Part shown: positions 53,942 to 63,795 of the stretch, in pieces
Numbering within the stretch: the stretch's first letter is position 1
Layout of the letters: each line of letters starts with the position of its first letter
Assembly: GCF_001194135.2 (NCBI RefSeq)
Contig: NC_068987.1
Coordinates: 34,843,703 to 34,907,497, forward strand
Reading direction: 5' to 3'
Source: Octopus bimaculoides
Taxonomy: Eukaryota
DNA: 63,795 bases
Position numbers and translations under genes: made by a program
Notes under the pieces: model-generated
Databases searched by the model: none
What the model saw: the letters and a program-made list of their open reading frames with translations, nothing else
Told to the model about the DNA's origin: nothing

Positions 53942-54812
53942 ATTTCACTTAGTGTTTTAATTTCTGATTTTCTTTTTAATCTTTAGAAAGATAGATTTAA
54001 ATCACTGAAAGAGAACTAAAATTAAATATTGACCTTTCTATTGTTGTTATTCCACTTATAATACTATATGTAGAAAAGGGCAATACACAAGAACATGGTT
54101 TTCCCCCCTATATTGATAGTGAAGTAGCAAAAATTAAGCATCGAGCCAATGACGGATGCTGTAAATAAGTGTCACTCTTGCTAAAATTGCAGTCATACTT
54201 TCTTTTCCTCATATCTTTGCAACTTGACAAGGATTTCAAAGTAACGATGAGGATACCTGATGGTGGAGAAACTATCCTGTTATAAGTGAATTTAGCAAAA
54301 CAGTACAACAAAAAATATTTTGCATCTACTTCAGACATTAGATGCATTATTTATTTATATTATAATCGTTTCAGTAAATCCATCCATTTTCTCTACCTAC
54401 TCTTCCTGGAAGGGTCATGGGAGAAGATTCTTGAAGGAATCATAGGGTCCTGTCAGAATTTCATAAGCAACCGTCACAGAATTTCCGTCCGGAGCCCAAG
54501 CATGGTGGACTGAAATTTTGGATATTATTCAACTATCTCTTTCTTGGCCTAGCCCTAGGTCTTCTACCGATTAGTTCGGCTTGAAAATTCCGTCTTGCGA
54601 TTGATTTTTTCCTCAAATTCTAATCACAATTGCGTGGCACATGAGCTGTGACCTTTCATTAAGGAAAAATAACTGCTCGGCCCGGAGAGACTCCTGCATC
54701 CCCGAATTACGGACCATATTGTGTAACAAGAAATCCTTCTTTCTTTCTGTGCGTTAAATCTATCTTTCTAGAGATAAAAAAGAAAATCAGAAATTAAAAC
54801 ACTAAGTGAAAT
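53942..54812. repeat. ~70-bp inverted repeat pair (53942-54011 and 54743-54812)
   Basis: atttcacttagtgttttaatttctgattttctttt..ct.tagaaagatagatttaa recurs in reverse orientation. Confidence 0.85.
54395..54720 (-). mobile_element. 3' fragment of an RTE-clade (Expander-like) LINE
   Basis: ESLRAEQLFFLNERSQL..HVPR..SIARRNFQAELIGRRPRARPRKR*LNNIQ..NLLP*P matches the RTE C-terminal pattern ERSQLRWFGH..GRRPRGRPRxRW..LLPPRP. Confidence 0.75.
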
Positions 54813-56159
54813 ATAGCTTTGTATTCGTAATTCTACTATTTTGGTCACTAAACTTATATTTCAAAAAATTAATCACATAGTTATCGGTCATGGCTTTCTG
54901 AAATTTTGTTTTAAATTAATGCTACGATTACTTTTAAAAATCATTTATCGTCTTCATTATTTTAGTAGATAAGTTTGCTTTCTAAACTTTTAAATTAACA
55001 AAATCTACATAAGTAGTTAAACCGAATAAGAAATAGAGAACGTGTGTATTAGATTGGTTTAATGATCATTGTTATGGTCTGAAGCCAAAATAAAAAAGCC
55101 TGCAAACAATGAAACAGGTAAAATACATAACGGCAGACGCTATTTAAAATTTAGTTCACGGATCATCATTTGCATTCAATTGCAACACATTACATTATGT
55201 CAATGAGTACATCATGTGCGGTACGTAAATTTGTAAACATAGCGTAAATCACAGCTATCAGAAAATCGATACAGAGTATCTTTGATAGACTAGCGTCTAT
55301 TTGGCGGAGTGATTTGTATTCTGCAATTTAATAGAACACGTAATTAGGCTGGAATCTAGAGGTTTAAAAAAAGGTTTAACTTTTAGATAAATCATCATGA
55401 ATTATTAGTGTAAGCTGATACTTAATTGTCCTTATCATAAATTATACTAATAACCGATGTTGAATACGGATACAATTAACACATAAATTCAAATGTTGCA
55501 AGTTGATTGTAGATGGTTTTCTTGTCTGAATATTGTGTGTATACAAATTTTGAGATTCTGTTGTAGATTCAGAAGCCATAGTCATGAGAACTACGTCATA
55601 CTTGCTGATGTAGTACAGAACAATTGATTATATTTGGCTTCCTTGCCGTTCGTGATCACGCAGTATGTTTCTTAGTCTCAAACATAAATCACATTTTATT
55701 TCATTCTAGTTATTTACTTTTGTCATTCTACAGGCTCTGACAAAAGTTCTATCTCTATCTATCTATCTATTTATCTGTCTGTATGTATATATTATGTCTG
55801 ATAATTTGTCTGTCTGTCTGACTATCTGTCTGTCTGTCTACCTATACCTGTGTGTGTATATATGTGCGTGTGAGAGTGTGCGTGTATGCAAATAAGTAAT
55901 ATATATATATATATGCTTGTTTGTATGCATGTCACTTATGAATTTTCACATGAATGCTGCTGACAAAATGGAATCCATTACAACCTTTTATGCTATTGCA
56001 TTGCTAGAAACCCAGCCGGACTAAAATTAAGACTTCTCAAAAAACTATTGTAAGTTCAATGGCTATCTAACAATATCGCGGACCCTCAAAAACTACGAGA
56101 CTGTGTGCAGCGAGCAGGAAAACAAATGAGAGTGAGGCTTTTCACTGCATTATTAAAGG

Positions 56160-56445
56160 ATGTCTCTAGTAGAAAGCCATTCTTATATAGAACCATTTCT
56201 GAAGGGAATGGCATTCGGAATTTTTGGTATCTTTTACTTGGTCTGTCATCATGTTGATCGCACATTAATGAAAATACAAGCTATATTTGCATTGCTATCT
56301 TTCCTCAGTTTGTCACTCGATCATGCTAATGGCGTGGAGAGGATCTATGGGTTATGCAAACTTCACTGGAGCTACAATTTTGCATAGGCATTGCTGCTTA
56401 TGTTGCCAGTGATGGTTTCCCAGGGTCACGGATTGACTACAATCA
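56160..56445 (+). pseudogene. Possible claudin/PMP22-like membrane-protein exon or pseudogene fragment with an in-frame TAG
   Basis: AFGIFGIFYLVC..KIQAIFALLSFLSLSL..LHWSYNFA*ALLLMLPVMVS; the hydrophobic pattern and WSY..AW-like motif were recognised by eye only. Confidence 0.25.
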
Positions 56446-57180
56446 CACACAAACACACACAAACACACACACGTTCACTCATACATCTTATATATATATA
56501 TATATATATNNNNNNNNNNNNNNNNNNNNNNNNNNNNNNNNNNNNNNNNNNNNNNNNNNNNNNNNNNNNNNNNNNNNNNNNNNNNNNNNNNNNNNNNNNN
56601 NNNNNNNNNNNNNNNNNNNNNNNNNNNNNNNNNNNNNNNNNNNNNNNNNNNNNNNNNNNNNNNNNNNNNNNNNNNNNNNNNNNNNNNNNNNNNNNNNNNN
56701 NNNNNNNNNNNNNNNNNNNNNNNNNNNNNNNNNNNNNNNNNNNNNNNNNNNNNNNNNNNNNNNNNNNNNNNNNNNNNNNNNNNNNNNNNNNNNNNNNNNN
56801 NNNNNNNNNNNNNNNNNNNNNNNNNNNNNNNNNNNNNNNNNNNNNNNNNNNNNNNNNNNNNNNNNNNNNNNNNNNNNNNNNNNNNNNNNNNNNNNNNNNN
56901 NNNNNNNNNNNNNNNNNNNNNNNNNNNNNNNNNNNNNNNNNNNNNNNNNNNNNNNNNNNNNNNNNNNNNNNNNNNNNNNNNNNNNNNNNNNNNNNNNNNN
57001 NNNNNNNNNNNNNNNNNNNNNNNNNNNNNNNNNNNNNNNNNNNNNNNNNNNNNNNNNNNNNNNNNNNNNNNNNNNNNNNNNNNNNNNNNNNNNNNNNNNN
57101 NNNNNNNNNNNNNNNNNNNNNNNNNNNNNNNNNNNNNNNNNNNNNNNNNNNNNNNNNNNNNNNNNNNNNNNNNNNNNNNN

Positions 57181-57219
<39 letters not shown>

Positions 57220-57629
57220 CATATATATAAACTTCATAAATAATCATAAGGTGACGACAATAATTTAATATCCAGTTGTTTTACAAATGAATAATCTGAG
57301 ATATCGAGCTTACACTTTTGCATACAGCCACAAATATTTGTCAAAAGCTGCAGTCGAAGACTTAGTTGCGGTATATATCTGGTAACTTGAACTTATAATA
57401 ATGACTATGTAAGGAAATATATAAAATTGGTAGTGGAAGTAATTGAAGTCACGACAATTTAGGTTACTTGATTCTACATATAAATATTAATTTCCAAGCT
57501 TGTCACTTCACTTCAGAATGTTTAAGATGAGCTTTGTTTCGGAGGAACATTGACTTAGAAGGTACAGTGCATTAAAACTGAATAGTTATGATGACGAGGG
57601 TTTCAATTGATTTGATCAACGGAAGAGCC

Positions 57630-57896
57630 TGAGCGTGAAATTAAAATGCAAGTGACTTAGCAGTCCACAGACACGTGTACCCTTAATGTAATTCCCTGGG
57701 AAATTCAGCGTGACACATAATGTGATAAGCCTGGCCCAATTGAAGTACAGACACTGCTCAACTTTGCCAGCTGAATGGACTGGAGCAGCGTGAAATAAAG
57801 TGTCTTGTTCAAGGACACAACACACCAATGGTTTTCGAAATCACAACCTTACCATCGTGAAGTGAATATCCTAACCAATAAGCCACACGCCTTCAC
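57630..57896 (-). mobile_element. tRNA-derived SINE family C
   Basis: Reverse complement: gtgaaggcgtgtggcttattggttagg..gtgttgtgtccttgaacaagacactttatttcacgctgctccagtccattcagctggcaaa (tRNA-like head plus a V/CORE-like tgtccttgRgcaagacact segment). Confidence 0.75.
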
Positions 57897-59074
57897 GAAA
57901 CTGAATAGTATGAAGCTGTTATTTACCACACTCTATCAGGTTTATCAAGGCCGCACCATCCGAACAATGTGCAAGGCATTGCTTTTGTATGCTCCAAAAG
58001 TGTGCGTTAGTGTATAAATGACCTTTATGGGACATCATTTTCTACTTGGCATATGAATTAACTTAAAAGTAAATGAATGATTACATCAATAAAACACTGG
58101 ATTAAATTATTGTCTGTATTTTTAACATTTCGTTTAATTGCGTTTTTACAAACATCCCACTAATATATGTGTATTTTGATATATATTTACATTGCTACAT
58201 ACATAGATAATCTCAGTTAATCTGATGTTTTCAACTCAAATTCTGAAATATGCGAAACTCATTATTTGTTAAACTGTCAACTTCTCGTTGAGAAGCTATT
58301 CGTTTTCCAAAGATCTCACAACACAGTTATTTTGAAAATATTAACTCTGACAAAAATCAAAGAAAAATAACTTGATTTTGGTAAGTAGGAATCTATGATA
58401 GATTTGGATCTATAATATCTTTCGTGGCAATTCTGCCCAACAGATTCAACTCCAAGGCAAGATTCTGGTGAATTATGGATGGGGCTAAATAATTACAATA
58501 AATGTATAGGTTCAAGGGTAATTAATCACTTCAATTCAGCAAAAATCAATAATAGACTCCCCCTGTTCTTAGATACCATAAACTACCAATTTAATGCCTG
58601 TATAGCGGAATTTTACCTCTAAGCTTCCAAGTCTATGCAACAGTAACATCGGGAGCTGAAACAATACTGCAGCAACTAGGATGGAGAAAATAATGGCCAA
58701 GAGAACTTTAACAGACAATTTAAAAGTAAAATTAGAGCCATGTGAATATAAGTGTAAGGAATCTATCATGAAAAAGAGAACCATCGAATTTTGCACTTTT
58801 CTTTTGAGAATAGCAGGCTGCTTGTGAAAAGGCGGGTAGAGATTCTAGGCATGGCCATTGTATGTACACTAGTAGCAGAAGAAGCTATATCCACGCTATA
58901 CGTTAGATACACAGTGACTTGCAACACCAAAATTTATATTGGCATGTAAGACAGGGAATGAATAACGAAAATACGATGCATTATGAAAATACGCTGGTGT
59001 ATGCTGGAGGCTCGCTCAAAAACGCATACGTATATAACTCTCCAATTGGAAAAATAGTTACCCCCCGATACACG

Positions 59075-59133
<59 letters not shown>

Positions 59134-62100
59134 GCACACATGCACACGTGCATATATATGCATATATATACTTATATATGGGGAACTGTATGGNNNNNNN
59201 NNNTATATATGCATATATATACTTATATATGGGGAACTCTATGGGTGCTTGCGTGTATTCATGCATGCATGTATGTATGCATGTATGTATGTATGTATGT
59301 ATTCATGCATGTACGTATGTACGTATGTATGCATGTATGTATGTAAGCGTGCGTGTTTGGGATGAAGAATCAGTGTGCATTAGTGTCTATGCTTAGTGTC
59401 TTTGCTATGGAGTGACAACCCGGTTGAGTACGTGTCAATGATATATGTTTAAGTACGTGTGTACATATGCCAAAGAAAACGTTCAATTTCTCAGTTGACT
59501 TGCTTTTAAAAAATAGCTCAACATCAACTTATATCAGTACACGTTGCAGGTGCACTGGAATAATATTATTCGGCAGAAAAGATGGACGCTGTTGAGTGTA
59601 GTAGCAATATCGATCATTCTACTCTCTGTCACTAAATACACTGATGAAAGCAAATATCAGACCTGAAACATTTCAGTTCTATTTACTTACTTATACACAT
59701 ACCTATTTATTTATTTTTTATCACTGATAGTTCTAGGTGAGTGTGTGAGTGTATATGTGCATATCAGCATGTATTCATGATTTTTTCTCTCTCTCTCTTT
59801 CTTATATATATATATATATATATATATACTCTCATGCTCAAACACATACATTCATACATACATATACATATAAGCATATATGTATACTGTTACACTTAAT
59901 TTATTCCTAACTCATACACTCCCAGTTTGTTTTCTTTATCAATATATTTATTGTCAGTTCATATATGAACAGTTCATTTCTCTGTTCTTCTTGTCTGCTT
60001 GTCTCATTCTTTCTCTCTCTCTCTATTTTATTTTAACACATGCAAACTTCCTCACACTTATTATATGTACATAGGAAGGGTGTACATATGGGAATATATG
60101 TATACTGTGTATTAGTATTAGTCGCCAAATTGCAATTTCACTAAATGATATACGTCCACTGTTTAAAATGTGTTCTCTGGATTCATATCATTATGTATTG
60201 CATAAAGTAGTAGCTTAAGGATATAATATATGTATCTTCGATGTCATTCCTACAAATATCGGTACTGCAACAAAATATACATTTGCGCTGCCATATATAT
60301 GTTTATTTCCGGATTTCTGATTGCTTGGATAGTTTTATGAATCCTACCTGTGGATTCCTCGAAAACATCATGCTTTTTATGATGGTACCTGACATAGTTA
60401 TGTGTCAAGAATTTAATCAGGAAGTTTTTGTTCCCTTGTTTCAATAAAATATACGTAGTTCTGGATTCCAGTTGCCCAAGATTTGACAAATATCTTGTCC
60501 TAGGAATTAATATTTGCGTATCAACGATGGCATTTATAACCACATCAAATTACAGTCTACAGATACAAGTATCTAACATATTCCCTCACGTATTTGTAGT
60601 TCTAGTTATAACGCATGATTTTTGTGCATTTTACAGACTTAAATATCAGATGCGAAAGATTTCCGTGTTGTGTGGGTGTATATATATACATACATTTATT
60701 TGTTTATGTATACCTCAGAGTCTGTGTATATATAGTTATATAGGTGGTGTGCATATATCCCAGAATATTTGGTACTTTATAATCATAAATATCTGAACAC
60801 CCCACTGAAGTTCCATGTGTTCTTCAGTTTATAAATATGCCTGGGGACATTACCAGCAGATGTGAGCTGAAGTACTAAGTTTAAACTAGTTCTTTTGTCC
60901 TTTGCATTGGTGAAAGAAGCCTCTGTTTAACCGTAATCAAATCGACATTACATTCAAAAGTGTACTAACATTGATCATTCTCCAGATTTTCTGAAATTCG
61001 ATATTGATCTATAATATCGAATAATCCCTGTTACTTTTAATATTTTGTATTAAATTTGTACGGTTTCATTTCAGCGATATGTGGACACAAAATTGTTTCG
61101 TTGTTAGTTACACTATTTATAGCCGTCCTTCGTCAAATGATTCAGCAGCTTCCTTTCAGGGGTTAAAGATCATGCGTGATAAATGGAAATTATACTGAAG
61201 TGAAAGTAAAATAAAATGGGGTTAGAGAAATGATGGAAAATAACATGGATGACAAATAGATCCATGCTGGGAAAGATGATAACTAGTTACACTGCGATTA
61301 AGCGACAACCCGAGACGCATTGTAATGAGTTAAAGAGTGACGTAAGTTTATAACCCCACGCATGATAATAAATGATAGATAGTATCCTTTACATTGAAAC
61401 TTCAATAGTCTGTATCGCACGTTCTTAGTTGTGAATTACCTTTCTCCTCGATAGATGTCAATAATTGCCACAAGACTTTAGTTTCCATCATCAGCTAGGG
61501 GCCAGATTTCACAAACAGATGGATATGTGAACGAGACAAAAAGATATCCGTTTATTATTGAAACGATTTGCTAATTAAACAATCCTAAAAATGTGATACA
61601 GACGTCATGCATGCATAATTACATGAAGATTTGAGTGTAGTTTTGGTGTGTGGGTAAAGAAAAGTGAGATAGTATGGAAAATAGCTTGTATAAATGAACA
61701 AATGAAAATCGAAAACTTCTCGTAAGAGTAAGAGTGCAGAACCAAGTTGGTTCTGGTGTATTGAAAGCACAATGCCATTCCTTTACAGAGGACTAATGGT
61801 AGTAAACATCACCAATTTAGACTATGGCCACAAGTGCCAATCATTTCACTGGCAAGCATTTTGAAACTTGGTTTGAACAGCAGTATTGGCGGAAAATTAT
61901 CAATACGACCATTTTTGTTTCGGTCTGTTCTTACCAGTTTTTGACATCATTCTGAAAGCAATTCCCTTCATTGCCTTTCACATTCACGAACATACTTGTG
62001 TGTCCATAAAGATTATCAGTATTGTTAAGAACCGCATGCCTCCTCAAAATAGACAACCATTCCGCCGCTCAGTACTGGTTGAATAGATGTTTACATCTCA

Positions 62101-63795
62101 AATCCACCAAAGAAGACACGAAGACACGTGGATTGGAAATTGTACCACCACATTTTTATTTCTTGCCTTGAAACATTTGTACGCGATGGAATGGGGGGGA
62201 TTGCTTTCATGGTAACTGCAGTCCATGTTACTTTATACCACCTACACTATGTTAGGCGATTAAACGGAAGGAGGAATGTGAGACATTTATTCATCTGAAG
62301 GTACAGGTATTCAGACAATCCAGCCGGGTGTTAGCTTTTACAACAGAAGTTCATTATACTATTTGTTACACACAATTCCCCTGAGTACCTCTAATTCCAT
62401 GGGACATCTATTTTTCAAACTATTGCATGCTTGCTCTAATATAGAGTTCATTTTTAATTGTACTGGTATGCTTTTACTTAATAATTTCTTGTCATATAGT
62501 TCTGCAGTTATTGAGTATGACGTGTGTATGTCGGTGCAGATAATATTTTTTTTTAGGGGAGGGGCATTCTATTTTAAAATTTGTGGTTAATTATTTCTCT
62601 TCTTTGGGCGGGTTCTCTGACTGTTGGTAAAACTGTGTGAGAAACATTTTGCGAATACTGATTTCTGTGACAGTGGAAGTTGCACTGATGGTGACGAAAG
62701 TGTTCATATTAATCATACTGTTGTGGTAGGTGCTGTTGGATCGTTACTCAGAAACATCTTCTGCGTTTCTTTCGTCTTTTGTTTTCCCCTCTACTATGCA
62801 TCAGTGAAGGTTTGCTATTTCAAATTCCCACCGCTCTCAAGCATAGCTGTATGGTATGAGTCGGATTGGAACATGTCTTGCTCATTTACAATATTTATTG
62901 ATACAATATTTATTGTTGCTATTGTGTAATCGTCTTTAATGATTTTGCTGATGCTTCCAATTTTGGTGCTGCTCTTGCCTTTGTTGTTGTAACTAAGTGG
63001 CAATCAACCTGTTGTTATAGTTGCAGTATCACTGTTTTCGTTAATGCTTTTATTTTGTTTTGGGCGTTGTAATCTAAGGTGCTCTGGCCTTCTACTCTTT
63101 AGTACCACCACTATTTGCCTTCCTGGCATCTCTATTAGGTTGACGAGTTTGACCAGTTTCTGCGGATTCACCGGAATCAGTTTTCGGTGCATTTGAAGTC
63201 TAATTCTTCGTTCAGAATCATTAATTACTTCTTGTGGCATGACAGAAGTTCCCCAAACCACTCTTTGTTTCACATACCAGAAGTCTAGATTTTCTTGTGT
63301 GTTTAAGATATTTACTCGGATTACGTTCCGTTGAAAGGAGATTGCTAAGCATAATAACAACAGCAACAACATCTACAACAATAACTACAACCACGGCTAC
63401 AACAATAACATTGAATTTATTCCTGTTTGTTTCCTTGTATATTACATATGCAACGAAAATATGCTATGACAATTGACTGTTTTGTAGTTATGCCTAAGCA
63501 AATTGTCTGCAGACGATAAGGTAGAACTGTCGTTGAGCTGATGAAGATGACTCGAAGAAGACCTCTGTTCTGCAGAAAATCATTTCCTCAGGGAAATATC
63601 AGTTTATCAGAAATCTTGATTATTAAGATTATCTCCCCTTGACTTTGGGAAAATATAGTAATTTTCATCAATAGATTTTTCTGCTGCCATTGGAAGTTGA
63701 GCTAACGTCAACAAATCAAGAATTACTCTTCAATTTGTTGATGCATACAGAAAGACACACGCATACATACATACATACATACATACATACATACA

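Noticed and set aside
59635-59690. CTGATGA...GAAAC on the plus strand as a hammerhead
   Set aside because: No stem II or stem I complementarity.
60250-60543. 97-aa minus-strand ORF
   Set aside because: No recognisable motif or splice context; the length is within chance expectation.

Overview
Eukaryotic genomic DNA: AT-rich, dense in microsatellites and broken by many N-gaps. The SINE families and repeat landscape resemble an octopod cephalopod (Octopus-like); this is inferred, not verified. One clear protein-coding gene is present, an intronless GT31 beta-1,3-galactosyltransferase-like ORF (298-1533, minus strand). The rest is mostly decayed mobile DNA: at least six R4/Dong-like RLE non-LTR retrotransposon copies, most bounded by trinucleotide (mainly TAA) microsatellites; a HERO-like 3' end; RTE-type LINE fragments; three tRNA-derived SINE families; and several MITEs (hAT with 8-bp TSD, Tc1/mariner-like, a 134-nt fold-back palindrome, and a TIR element carrying TTAGGG repeats). 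Best leads: (1) a minimal type I hammerhead-ribozyme fold with a palindromic stem III at ~28.33-28.39 kb, plus two degenerate relatives; (2) microsatellite-targeted stacking of R4-like elements; (3) a tandemly duplicated 240-nt exon-like cassette; (4) apparent loss of the metal-binding His in the GT31 enzyme; (5) a claudin-like ORF with a TAG at a conserved-Trp position. All alignments, counts and folds were done by eye. Most ORFs in the supplied track are artefacts of microsatellites or N-runs. No rRNA, bona fide tRNA gene or CRISPR array was found.
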